A DNA stretch of 64,000 nt from Lama guanicoe (Eukaryota). The stretch is taken from positions 2,424,151-2,488,150 of the forward strand of contig MU054001.1 of NCBI GenBank assembly GCA_013239625.1. The letters are read 5' to 3'. Under the pieces are notes generated by a model. That model was not told where the DNA came from. It saw nothing but the letters and a program-made list of their open reading frames with translations, and did no database searches. How positions within the stretch are numbered: the first letter of the stretch is position 1; the number at the start of each line of letters is the position of its first letter. The position numbers were made by a program, and so were the translations under genes. Positions 51,436-64,000 of the stretch are shown piece after piece.

Positions 51436-51769
51436 AAATATGTTAAAAAAGTGACAATGATACTTGCTTCTAGATCCTCGAGAGCCCAGAAATGTGCTAC
51501 TTGGGTTCCCTCAACTGCTAGACACAAATAACCAGCCAAAGCAGAATGACTTTGTACAGAGGGAACAAACGATCATTTTTTGGATTGGGCTCAATTCCTG
51601 TGAAGAACTTCCGTTTATTTGTAGGCTGTGTCGGAAGTTTGTTTATTGCCAAAGAATAACTTAACCTGTCTGTTGGGGACAACAATGTGTATGTGGCTTA
51701 TATTTTGGACAAAATGTGAAGGTCAGATTCTTAGGAAGGTTAGGTAATTATCTATAGAGGTTTAAATTC

Positions 51770-51815
51770 TTTTTTTGTCCTTGATTTTTTTTTATTGAAG
51801 TATAGTTGATTTATA
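51770..51815 (-). mobile_element. 46-bp L1 3'-terminal stub with perfect 14-bp TSD
   Basis: T-rich tail plus ttattgaagtatagttgattta, flanked by agaggtttaaattc at 51756-51769 and 51816-51829. Confidence 0.85.
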
Positions 51816-54319
51816 AGAGGTTTAAATTCCCGAACTAAAAACTATTCAGAGACCAGAGTCATATTTCTTCAAGTTGCTCTTTCCTTTGATTGTTAAAACC
51901 TTTTACATAGTGAGGAGCATCTTCGGGGGAGAAAGCTTCATTGGGGGATTTCTGGAGGAGCAGTCTGGCACCCAAAGACCTCGACAGCACTTGACTGAGG
52001 GAAATGCAGGAAGCACCACTCTCGGCCAGCTTCAAGTCCTTACGTCACCACCGCACATAAGGGAAATGAACAGAACTCTGCAGTGCGAATTAAGCATACT
52101 CAGCACTAAACAAAACCACTGCAGAAGCGAGTCAGTGGTCTGGGCATGTGAGCTGTGATTCCCGCAGGAGCCTGAGCACACAGGTAACTAGGCTCTGAGT
52201 CAAAGAAACAGAACACAGCCCGAGAAGAAGGAGATCACTGGATACATGTGGTTTTCAGGTGCCCGGGCGATAGCCATGAAACTACTTGGCTCCAGAACTG
52301 AGCTACGTTTTGTAAGCCTGTGTTCTTAGAACAACTAAGAGTTTTATGTTTGATACAGATGGTGTTTATACAGAGTACACGAGCTCAGCGTGAGAAGTAG
52401 TCATAAAACAGACTGGGGTCTGGAATAATTATTCACAATTACTATTGTATAATTGGATGCCATGACGATTATATAAAAAATATTTTAAGAAGTAGTCTCT
52501 GCTCCCACTTTCACCATAGTTCTTAACAATAAGAGACATATGCTGTAAACATCGTAACATGTTCTATGGTGTTTACAAACTTGTATCAGGTTTGGCAAAA
52601 CTGCAAATATAAAAGGCCAGGTTCTCTTACTTGCATCCTTGGGAGAGGCACTTGCCCTGACTCACCTCCAGCAGCAAGCTTACTTTCTAGTCACCCACGG
52701 GGCTCCAGGAGCTTAACTGCGTTAGTCCAGACAAAAAAAAAAAAAAGAGAGAGAGAGAGAGAGAGACAAAAAAAATGGGCCCATTCTGCAGAGAGTACTC
52801 ACTTCTTCAGTTTTCTCCAAGCCAGAAAAAGAAACTTCTTTTGGGCCAAACTGTGGCCGCTGCACAACAGCACAATGCTTATATTTAATGTTTCTAGATG
52901 GAATTAGTGAATCGACAGACATCTGATCATTATATACAAAAACACTCGTGTCTTCTAAAAGGACAAAACACGATGAGCCTAAGTTCCTATCACCCCTAAG
53001 CAAAGCAGCCAGAAAGAAAATTCATTAGAATTTTAAGTGAAAATACATTTCCTCTTAATCGCATTTACAAAGCCGGTCTGTGCTCAGGAGCTCGGCGGCC
53101 CTTCTCTCAGGGAACAGAAGAGCATGGGAAGTAAATTTCAGGACAAATGACTCTGGGGAGGGACCTGTTTTCAAACACACGTGTAATGGGCATGGAAATC
53201 AGTGCAGCTCTCCTGTCGCCCTTTGCTACGACTCACGGGTGGGCATCCACTGCTGAATTTCTGTCTATGGCTCTCGAAGGTAATTGCTATGCTTTGATGA
53301 CTGGAGTCTTTATTACAGCTGATCAGGGGATTCCAACGGGCACTGTGTTATCATCGAGAAGTGAGAAGCATCTTTCCTGCCTGGACACCGCTCTAGTTTC
53401 CAGGATTCCTAAGGCAGAGGAGTGGATGCCAGGCGGGAGACTATTCATGCAAGTCCACCACCTGTTGCCCTAATGATGGGGCCTTCGAATATTTATCTGC
53501 CAGGTAACACCAAGCACAACGTCTGCGACTCAGCAGCCGGGAAGAGCGAGGGTTATCTCCCTCGTCATATCGGCGGCCAATACTTAATGTTCCAAGCCTG
53601 GATCGAAACAACCTGTTCTAGGTATGGTTTCCAAAGGGACTACTTCCAGTTGTCCTCCTTGGCCCTAGAAGAGGAAGGGAGGGAAGTATGGGGTTCGTAC
53701 CCTGCTGCATTATGCCCGAGTGTGCGGCTCCAGCCTTTCAGAGATCCTCAACCGTCTTGCTGTTTCCTACACCTGGCAGGTGGCCAGGAATGTTCCTGAC
53801 TCCATGAGAGCAGCAGCATGTGCCATGAACTCTGAGATCAAGGTTCTCCTGCAAAAGAGAATATGAATGCTTAGTGAGCAAGGATGCTGGGGTTTTGCCT
53901 GTTTGAACTTGAACTCGCACACTCGCTTTTTCTTTCCTATGTATAACACAGCAACGCATGCATGTGTATTTATGTACTGCTAAGCGTGACCGTTCCTTTA
54001 AAACTATGCTGTACGGTACCTCTTTTAACCAACTTGGCTTAATTCTATGGTACAAGCAGCCCAAGGGACTGTTAATAAAAGAGAACAATTGTCCTTTCTG
54101 ACGTTAACCTCAGAGCTTTGGATTTTATTTCCAGCACCCTAGTTTCCATTAATAGCTCCCTGTGAATGCATTACCTATTAATCATTCTTACCTTTTCATG
54201 TTTACAGATTTTATGGGTCTTCTCTAAGCTTTAGGAAATGGAGCATCTATTTATTTCACTCCTAACCCTTTATCCCACCATCTCATTGGTTCACATGCAG
54301 GCATAATATTACCCAATTG

Positions 54320-55400
54320 AGTCATTCACTCATGCATTTGTTCAGCAAATATTTACATGGTGCCTTATCTCATGGAGTTATATTGTGATGGGGGAGAGGG
54401 TTTTATTCATTCTTTAAGTATTTGGATACCTACTAAAGTGCAGTGGATAAAAAAGAAGCAGGAAACGGGGGTGGGGAGGGGATGGAGGAGTGGGTAGAGG
54501 ATGGACTGCAGGTGTGAATAGAATCATCAAGGAAAGCCTCGCGGAGAGAGTGGTGATGGCAAGAGAAGGAGCTGTGTGACCATCTAGGGGAAGAGCATCC
54601 TTGCACTTTAATGACGGCGAGTGCAAAGGCTCAAGACGGTTGGTGTGTCTGAGATGCTGCAAGGCAGCCGGTGCGGGTGGAGGGGAGTGAGCGTGGGAGA
54701 AAGCAGAGGCGGTCCAGGGGGAAGCAGGGACTCAGGCTGTGTAGGGCGATGGCTCTCAGCCCTCACAGTGGATCACAATAGCAGTGAACTTCTTTCCTTA
54801 AATGGGATTATGATACTGTGGTTATGTTGGAATAAGGTTAACTTTCCAAGCTACATACTGAAATAGTTATGGATAGAATGAGGTGATGTCTGGGATTTGC
54901 TCCATAATAATGCAAGATTGGGGGAGATGGATGGGGATGTGGAAGAAGCGGCACTGGCCATGAGTTGCAAGATGTGCGGGCTGGGTTATGGGTACATGGA
55001 TGTCAGCATATCAGTGTATTATTTTGTCTAATTTTGTGTATGTTCACAATTCACCATAATAATAACATAAAAAAGAATCCACCTGGGGAACATACACAAA
55101 TAAGTAATGGCTCCAGCAATTGGGGTGATTGTTTTGGGGTGCAGCAGATACATTGTTTTATTTGTTTTAAGCCTCCCCGGGCTTTGTTAATTGACTATGC
55201 ACCTGAGGATCTTCTGGGCCGTTATTAGGACTCGGACTTTTACTCTGAGTGAGAATTTTGAGCAGTAGAATGACACAATCTGATTTACGTTTGCAACAGA
55301 TCATTCTGGCCGCTGGGTTGAGAATAAACGACAGGGCAGCAAGGGCAGAAGCAAGGAGATCCAAGCAATTATAGACAAAAGTAATTACCAAACAGTTTGG
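54320..55400 (-). mobile_element. L2 element interrupted by an old L1ME-type 3' end (about 54790-55075, + strand)
   Basis: L2 start cattcactcatgcatttgttcagcaaatattta, resuming with ggacttttactctgagtgaga...tgacacaatctgatttacgttt. Inner element has tactgaaatagttatggatagaatga...tgtctgggatttgct. Confidence 0.7.
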
Positions 55401-56804
55401 TGAGGGCTGGGATAGAATGTTGAACACATAGAAAGGTAGGCTGAACACACGTATTCTCACTTCATCCAACCATTCCTGGGCAATGAGGGGCATTTCAAAA
55501 TATGCTAGGATGATTTACTGTCAAAGAGAGTAGGAAGAGCCAGGGAAATGCCCACAGTGGGATAAAGTCACTTGCCCTTTAAGACTTCTGACTTCCTTTA
55601 CCTGAAGCAATTATGTCCAATATTGGCCCTAACTTCTGATTTTTAATGAGGATGGCAAGGCTAAAGATTAGAAAAAAGAAATACTCCTGGAGTCCAACAT
55701 GCAGGAATATAGCATCTCTTAAACTATCTCTCACTCACTTGAGAATGTACAGCAGGCTTTGAAAATCCAGCCAAGCCAATCAACCAGCCTTTCAATGACA
55801 CTCCAGCATATATCCCCATGTGATGGAATCTTCTAAGCAGAAGCAGAGCGTTCCCCATCATCCTGGCCTGTATCTTCCAAATACTACTTTCAGCAAACCT
55901 CCAGGAAACCTTGTTTAATCCACAATTATCTACCAAGTGTGCCTTCTGTAAGACCATGTACTATACTTAGTGGGAACAAATTGCCTAAGATGCAAACTCT
56001 GCCTTTAGGGATCTTACATTTTGACCTCCCTCTTCTTGACCCAACCATTGCACTTTAGTTAATACCAACTAAGCACCTAAAGATTATTTAATTTGTGGTG
56101 TAGGTCACCACTGATTTGAAATCACATGGAGTACAGGGACCATGTCTTACACGTGAACATTCGTATTCCCTCACCACCAAGGAAAGTGCTGGGTCCACAA
56201 AAGATGCTCAAAGATGTTGGTAGACTGATTCCTAGATAATTTTCACATGAAATCAATAATAAGACATTTAGGAATAATGCCTTTCCTAACAGAGGGATGA
56301 CAAGATGACTTCAGCTGATCTGAATTAGCCTCTGGAGCATCAGCATAGTCCCTCAAAACCAACTTATCAAAGAGCACATGAGAAGGGGAAGCTGAATTCC
56401 CTAGATTTCCCAGTGGCACCAAAGAGGATTGCAGAGTTATCTTTAGTGCAGTCTCAAACTTAAGCCCTCCCCGCCAGGGCCGGGGTAAGGGGGAAGAAAC
56501 CCAGATTCCCTCACCTCCAAGAAAATCTACCTTTGCCTTCCATGTTGATCATTCTCTTTGTATCAACACCTCAACCCTTTTGTATATCGTTTGATAAACG
56601 AAACCCAATCTTTTTGATTGTTCTAAGTGGAAGTGATTCTGTACCTTGTGCACTTGTGCATGTATGAAAAGTGTCTTTTCCTTTAGTGATGAAGCAACTT
56701 TGGGTGGTAGAACAATGCCTCCTACTTCCACAGAAGCCCACAGCAGGTGCTCAACAGATAGTTTTTAAAGAAATAGAATTAACAAGATGCATTATTCTGT
56801 TCAT

Positions 56805-57385
56805 TCCTGTTTTAATTAGGATTCTCAATTGGAGAAGGTAAAAACCCAAATCAAATTGGCTAAGGGAAAATAAGGGAATTTATTTGTTTTTGTAACTGAA
56901 AAGTCCAGGGACACGACTGGTTTCAGGCATGGCTGGTGCCAAGAGCAAAAACAAGTCATCAGGGCGCATTTTCTCTGTGTCGTTTTGCTCAGCCGTCCAC
57001 TGTGTGATCTGCATTGTCAGGTTCCACTCACTGACTCTTGGAAGTACCAACTCATAATATCCTTACGGCTGGCACTGTCAACAGAAAAGAGAATGTACTC
57101 TCTCACCATCCCAGGAAAGAGCTCATTGTGTTAAGTTGGTTCTTATTGGGTCTTGGGCCCAAGCATAAACCAGTCACTGTGGACTACCGTAATGCCCTGC
57201 TCTGATTGGTTAGGCTCACAGTCAGAGCCTAACCATTGGTTAAGTCATCTGCTTATCCCTGGAGACGATGGATTCAGTTCCCCTAGAAGAACGTGGACTG
57301 AGAACAGGGAGGAGTGGTTCTCCTATGGAAAACCAGAGCACTGTTGCCAGGAGGAGAGAGTGCGTGCTGGGTGGCATGAATAGTG
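56805..57385 (-). mobile_element. MLT1-family LTR (MLT1K/L-like)
   Basis: aaacccaaatcaaattggctaa...gggaatttattt...tgtaactgaaaagtccaggg...ttcaggcatggctgg...tgctctgattggttaggc. Confidence 0.75.
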
Positions 57386-58409
57386 CACGTAAAATACTTC
57401 CTGCAAAGGAAATTCTTCTCAGAGAGTTGGCTGATACAAGCAGCTAGTAGCAGTCTAGGACAAGGGTACGCTTGCTTTTGGTGTGAGCCAAAATTAGTTT
57501 TGTGGCTTTGGGAACGTGCTCGCTCTTGTTCTCAGCCCACCTTTTAAGTGAGGACATTGCCTAGAGTCAACCCCAGTAGTCTGTCCCTCAAAGCGGGGTC
57601 ATAAGACCTGCCTAGTGTTCAGATTTCCTGTCCTTAGTTTTACATATAAAATAAGGAGAGACATTCTTGCCTGCAACATCCACCCAAACACCCAGACCTC
57701 ACTTGTTTTCTCCTGTTAGGTTTCCCTGTGTGGCTGTTGAATAAATGATTGAACATGGGACAGCACTTAATCTTCCTAACAATAGCTCTCTAAACATCCA
57801 ACACTGTCAGATGCTTTTCTGGCATTTGACAGTGTGCCTGCAAGCAAAGCCATCTATTGAATGTTCACTGTGACTAAGACCCTGTGGACAAAGAAGACTG
57901 TAAAGCTGCCATTATTGGCAAAATCAGTCACTGTGGGGCCTCCTGGGGGAAGAGCAGAAGATGTGGAGGGTGATACCCAGCTAAGAGTGGGTGCTGGGGC
58001 TGTCCCGAGCTTGCCTACTGACTTGATGCTTTCCATATTGCTTACACGATGGATGGATTTCTATTTGGGAATATTTCAGGGTGTGGGGCTGGGTGTTGGC
58101 CCTCCATAACATAAATGATGTCCCAGATGTTGCATTTGTCACTGTAAAGTTCTGGGTTTTGACTTCTGTCCACTTGTTTCTAATCCAGACTGGATTTGCA
58201 AATGGGCCATTTCCTCCAATTTTCCAGCATAGCTATGTTTCATATTTAAAAAAAAATTGTTGATACAATATTTCAGAACTCTAAATGAATTGTAAAGACC
58301 TGCTAATGAATTCTACACAGCTTTGGCTTATTTTACTGATGATAGAGTGATTGAGTGGTGGTTTCTCTGCTGTTTGTAATTTTCTTCTTCTTTGGAAATG
58401 CCTCCTGAT

Positions 58410-58878
58410 ATATTGGACAGGGTCCTCTGACGGAGCCCCTCTGGCCATAGCTGAGGCACCCGTCCCCGGATGAGCCAATCAGATTATCCTTTCCTGGAAT
58501 GTGCCAATTGGAACAGAAACCGAGGGCCAGTGGAGAGGAGTTAATGTTACCACTTCTCAGTGTGTCTTAGTCTTTTCTGTTAAGTATGCAGATTCCAAGC
58601 TACTTCCTGAAAAATTCTGATTTAGTAGATCCAGACTGGAGCCAGGAATCAGAGTTTTAATAAGCGCTCTTAGGTGATTTCTATCATCAGGTTGATTTGG
58701 AAAACCCTTTTTGGAGGAGGTCTAGGAACGTCCTCTGTGAGATCTCCATAGGGGACCTGGTTCTTCCTTCCCAAATTCTTGTGAATGTTCAACTCTTCCT
58801 TCCATAAATGAGCTTAATGCATTCTCTTTTGTCTTTAAATTGATCAGAGTTAGTTTTTATTACTTACAATGAAAGGCT
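58410..58878 (+). mobile_element. Old ERVL-type LTR (LTR16/LTR33-like) interrupted by a MER5-like MITE (about 58560-58710)
   Basis: gagccaatcagatt...ttcctggaat and terminal cagagttagtttttattacttacaa. Inner element has tgcagattcc...attctgatttagtag...ccaggaatc. Confidence 0.55.
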
Positions 58879-59439
58879 TACTATGGAAATATACCAAGTC
58901 TTGAGGGACCTGCCAAAGGGTATCACAGGCTGAAATCAGAAGAGGGAAGAAGTGACTGATGACTACGGACACAGATGAGCTAATGGAATAAGCCCGTGAG
59001 CTGGTGGAGGGAGATTCCATACTATAGTATGCCCTACATTCATTTGCCCTGGAAAGGAGGAAAACATAATAAATGAGGGACTCTGACCCTTAAAGCAAAT
59101 GAACAAACTATAGCTATTGTTTTGCAGACCTGTGTGACCTCTTATTATGTGCCTGATGCCTTATTTTGCTTCCTATCATTTTATTTTCAGAAAGTAGCCA
59201 TTGCCCCCAGGCTGTCTTGGTCAATATCCCCTTTGTGTGAGAATGAATGTTCATCTTTGGATGGAACACTGATGTATGAGATAAACATGTGGCTAAAGAA
59301 AGCACCATGATCCCCTATTTGACAGCTGGGTCAAGAAGGCCAGCAGGCCAAATGCTTTGTCCTTGAACACATAGTCAGTGACTTGATCTGTTTTCATTCA
59401 AAGTTTCTCAATTTCCAGGCCCTGGTATGTGGCTTCTGC

Positions 59440-62400
59440 CTACTTAAGTGAAGTGAGTCTACTAAATGCTCATAAATGTTTTTGCCAAAGGACTGGGAAG
59501 GGCGCTGCTCCGGGCTCATCGCGAGCCGCTCTGGGTTCATCGCGAGCCGCTCTGGGTCCTTTCTTTTTTGAGATCTGGGACAATCTATTTGGAGGCTTCC
59601 GTCTGGGAGTGGAAGTGGAATTTGGGGGCCACATCTTGTCTGATCTGTGGGACCATGTTTGTTGTTTGTACATGTGTGTCAGAACTTGCATGGGCCAGTT
59701 GAGATGTCTTTGGGTAGCGGGGCTTGTATGTGACGACACCAGGGTGTCCTTCCCTATTGCGCTGGCCTCACCTGGGGTGGAGTGACGGTCAGGATTTTCC
59801 CTTCCCAGCTTTGGTCTTTCATTCAGCTTCATCTCTGATGGGATGTTGGTTGGGTTTCTCCCCTTTTGGATTGACGGGGCATTGGTTAGGAGTCTCCCTT
59901 TTGCAGCTGGGGAGCTGTGACCCTGAGAAACCATTTTGAACTGTTGTTTGCTTGACATTTGATAACATCAGCTGTGAATAATTAAGTGTGGATGATCAGA
60001 GCTCTGTTTCATCTTATCTATAGTCCTCCTAGAGCGTAATTTGCAAAACTGGGAGATCGTCAGCTCTGCTCCTATAAATGAAAAGAAATGATATTGCCTT
60101 GGAACACTGTGTGACCTCAGCACTCCCTGAGGTCTGGAGAACAATGGCCATAATGGCTCTGCTGTTATATCAAAGTGAGCCTTTGCAATCTGACTTTTAT
60201 CCTGAGTGTGTATGTGTGTATAAATGTCTTGGTACCTAAGTCCAAATCCTGCTCTGTCTTCTTAGTTCTGCTGAAAGTGAGGCATCTGAATGTGAGTGAG
60301 CGTTATATATATTATTGTCTATTACTGTTATTTCTTTAAACTGAAGTGGATATTTGAGAACTGGAAAAAAAAAAATCCCTGAAAACAGCCAAGATGATTG
60401 GGTCCTATATAAACTGTTAGAGGAAGAATTTTTATTTCTCTTCCTGTGTCTTTGAGATATAAATGACCTACCTGGGCTTTCAAGGAAAAAAAAATTTTTT
60501 TTAACTCAGGCAAAAAAACAGATCTCTGGTTCTGTCTGTCTTATATAAAAATTAATGTGTAAAAAACTCTATTTGGTTGACTTAAGAGTAAGCAGTTACA
60601 AATTAAATGCTTCTAAGTATAAAAAAGCTAGACAACAAATTTCAGGCTCCTGATCTAGGGAATATGCAATATTAAATTAATACCTGATATTAAATCTAGC
60701 TTAAGCATGCTGGAACAATTGACACAGACATGTCTTTTATTGTACCTAGGGTTTCTGATGGTCAGTAGGTTTCTGTTTCTGTTGCAGATTTTGTCAGAAA
60801 GAAAAACAAATTCAATTAACTTGGTATGACAAAGTTCTTATAAGTAAATTAAATAAAAAGAACATGAGGGCTTTGGGGTGAATTCTTTGAACGTAATTCT
60901 GTTTCAGAAATATCTACCTAAAAATGATCTCCCCAGGTATTTGACTGAACTTGAAATATTAGAGTTCTGCTAACTGAAGTTAAATAATGGACGTTTGTTG
61001 AATAGCTAGGTCATTCCCAAATGAAATAAGACACTGGAACATTATTTACTGAACATTGGCTTCCCTTTACAGAAAAATTAAAATTTAGTTTTTAACTAAA
61101 CTAAATATGTTTGGTGTCACACTGAGGTATTTTCTATACAAAACACATGTTTTGAGAAATTATTATTGGTATTTATGTTTGCCAGCCTACAGAATACTAA
61201 TGTAAAGGACAGTTCATAATTAACTGCCTGGTGTTCCCTAGAAACTAAGGTTTTTAAGAGTTGAGGATTCTAATTTAAGTATGTCATTAAAGCTACTAAA
61301 AATAATAAAGAAAACATTTCAATATACGCTAGGAAAGTAGGCTGTATGTTTTGAATAAAAAGTATGAGGAATGGAATTGCATTTTGTTAAAGGAAAAGTT
61401 TGTGGAAAAGGAGCCCTGAAAAAGGAGTTTTGCACATGGTCTGGCTGAGATTGGATTACACTTACGTCGGTGAGTGGATCTTGTTACTAAAAGTTGATTG
61501 GTGCAGGACTAGATTCGGTTCCTCTCAGTTAAAAGAACAAGTTTACTTGCTTATGATAACAGACGGTGTAAAACTTTTTGATGTTGTTGACAACCTTCCT
61601 ATCAAATTCTAATCAAGGTTCTTTTGACGTCGGTTAACTCCGGGATGATTCAGCGGACCCCTGAGACATCTCGGAGAGAAATGTTAAACTCACTAGGGTT
61701 GGTTGCTATGTTAAGTTACATAGACATTGTCAAAAGAGTAATGAGCCTCCTCAGACTGTGTGGTACAGATAAATGTTGTTAACATAGACATTCTGGACCT
61801 TATGTAAATTTAGAAATTTAGAATGTTAAAATGTTGTTTGCCACAGCAACAAGATTGAAGTTTCTTTGTCAAAAACGTTGTAACCAGATCTTTAACTTTG
61901 CCTTTTTAAGTCTTTTGTCATTCATAGATAGTTAAAATGACACTTTGCAAAACTGTTTCATCGTCCATAAGATTCATAAAAAGGACTTTTTGACAAGTAC
62001 AGGTTTCTTTTAAATCATACTGCTAAACTGGATAAGGCATTTAAAAAGGCTAATGAGAACTATCATACAATTATTAGTAAAAAGGATTATGTGAGATTAA
62101 GTAAGTTGGTAAATGTGGCTATAATTTTTTGGTTTTGTCTGAAATATTACTGGCACTTAATCGACATTTTCTCATTGAATTGTTTACCAGATGTTTGTCC
62201 CCCTATCAATATTTCAGGTCACTGTTTTACTTCCAACCACACTGTTGCCCCTAATATTTAGGATAGAAAGAGAATTCTCTATTAGAGCTGTCATGATAAC
62301 ACTTATGATGTGTAACAGTGCTTGCTCTATGTCTGTTGCTAAAAGCCCGTGTATGATGCTTGTCTAACAACTGGGTATAAGTGATAATGTATGGCCAATA

Positions 62401-62900
62401 ATGTGTTTCCCTATTAACATGTCTCTGAACCTGTTCATGATATCTGATTAGTTGTCCCCCAACATGAATAACTAGGCAAATATAAGAGACCTAGCACTGA
62501 GGGACATGATCAAAACCTGGGGCAGGAGCCATCACCCCAGCATTGAGGGAGGAATATTTTGGTCATCAATGCTTTCTATTAAAAGATTTAGAATCAAAAG
62601 GGGAAATGATGGAAAAATCTGCACATATCGAGGTAAGGGGGAGTCATTCTGGCTTATACATAGTCTAACTTAAATGTTTCTGACCAAAGTGGCCTGTTTT
62701 ATGGCCTTTTGGATGTGCATTGTACATCTGCTTTGGCCTTGAGGAGGGGAATGCATTTAAAAATCAAAATGGAGTAGCTGTGGTTCAGACATTCAAGATA
62801 AAACTAGGTGGCCAGTGGAAGTAGGACTTCAGACATGTTCTTGCACCGTTGAGAACTCGAAGTTTCTGAGCTGTGTTATACTTGGGACACCACCAACCAT
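59440..62900 (+). mobile_element. Decayed non-coding ERV1-like (MER4-group-type) proviral remnant
   Basis: PBS-like tggaggcttccgtctggga at 59590-59608 just after ...gggaca. AT-rich internal region with no ORF. Polypurine tract aaaaggggaaa at 62596-62606, followed by TG at 62607 (putative 3' LTR start). Outer ends approximate. Confidence 0.65.
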
Positions 62901-64000
62901 TCTCAAAGCAGTGCGTGCTGGCAGCTGCAACCTTATGACTTCATCTCTTGTAGCTATTAAATTTTAGACAATTAAATTTAGATGAAATGGTAGCAATAAA
63001 AAAAAAGGAGATGTGTAATGGCCAATACCTCCTGTTATACGTATGTAAATACCACATCAAAATTAAAACCTACTTAGATAAAAATCAATTTGCTTGGCTT
63101 TCTGTTACAGAGGGCACATGAACTTGCCTTTGGTAAGAATGCAACAAGCAGAGGTTCCTAAAATGGATATTTATATGTATTTTTGTAAAAAGGAATCTCT
63201 TATCCAAGGAATGCACGTATGCATATTTTAGGGTTTCAGAGTAAGGAAAATCTGCAAAAAGATTTCTGTTTCTTGAATTGCATTCTAGTGCACTAGTATA
63301 CTTTCTCTTTTCTCTGTTTCTGGAAAGTCAAACCTTAAAATAGCTTTCACCACCCTCTCTCCAATATTTGGTATGTGGATGGGATTCTAAGTCACTCTAG
63401 ATTTCCCTAGAAATACTAGTTTGGACTTGCCTGACAGTGTGACTCTTGGCAAACCAAGATCATTTGATATAGAGTAACAGTGTCCACTGTAATACATCAA
63501 ACCTTTCTTCTTATTCCTCAACTCCAAACTGCCTTTTCGTTCCCTCTCACACTGACAGCCTGCTATCAATTGCAGCAGGAAGAACACAGCCTGGATATGT
63601 GGCAGGTAATTAGTTGGCTCTCTATCAGCAAGAGTTGGCCATTTTATTAAGTGTGTTCACATCTTGTTAGCAGTTCCTCGCCAGGACCCATCAGCATTGT
63701 GGCAGCTTTTAGTTTGTTAATGTAATATTAAGTCTCCTGGGTAATGAGGAACTGAGAAAGAACATTCTAATGGGGCAATATTTGCTGTCCTTATTTTTGC
63801 GTTGCCCCTGAGTATCTAATATCAGCTTTATGAGCCCACTGTCAAGAAGCACTGTCACCTTGTCCTACTTTTTTGTCCCTGTCCTCCTCCCCATAAAAGT
63901 GTCACCAGTTAAAGTTGCTCCAAAAATACTAGAGCAGAATGACTCTCATGAATTAGAAAAGTATCAAATCTCAGTGTCTCTTCTGCTGTTGTGAAACTGT

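Noticed and set aside
59429..59958. Overlapping 118-aa and 162-aa ORFs with repeated peptides
   Set aside because: The peptide repeats come from the 21-bp duplication in an ERV leader, and no gag or env motifs are recognisable.
1..64000. Prokaryotic-type systems (CRISPR arrays, operons, defence islands)
   Set aside because: No repeat-spacer arrays or dense ORFs. The DNA is an intron-rich mammalian locus, and the remaining short ORFs are as expected by chance.

Overview
This is mammalian genomic DNA, not prokaryotic. It is probably camelid, judging from two tRNA-derived SINEs that resemble the camelid Vic-1 family (inference from memory). The window holds most of TOX3 (TNRC9/CAGF9, an HMG-box transcription factor) on the + strand. 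Coding exons 2-7 are at 15483-15548, 19526-19780, 32824-33093, 37102-37329, 38872-38952 and 43011-43733 (stop), together encoding 540 aa. Exon 1 lies upstream of the window. A 3' UTR with several poly(A) signals follows, then about 18 kb of intergenic DNA. Introns and flanks carry ordinary eutherian repeats (L1, L2, MIR, MER20, MER53, MER5, MLT1, an ERV1-like remnant, microsatellites) and several repeat-free blocks that look like conserved non-coding elements. Almost all ORFs in the supplied track are spurious. I see no convincing new biological system. The best leads are splicing-related: a candidate poison exon and an AG|GT recursive site at HMG exon 6, a NAGNAG acceptor, and all-phase-0 exons. 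Other leads are an apparent lineage-specific in-frame deletion in exon 7 and several retro-insertions with visible target-site duplications. Repeat subfamily names and comparisons with human TOX3 come from memory and need database confirmation.
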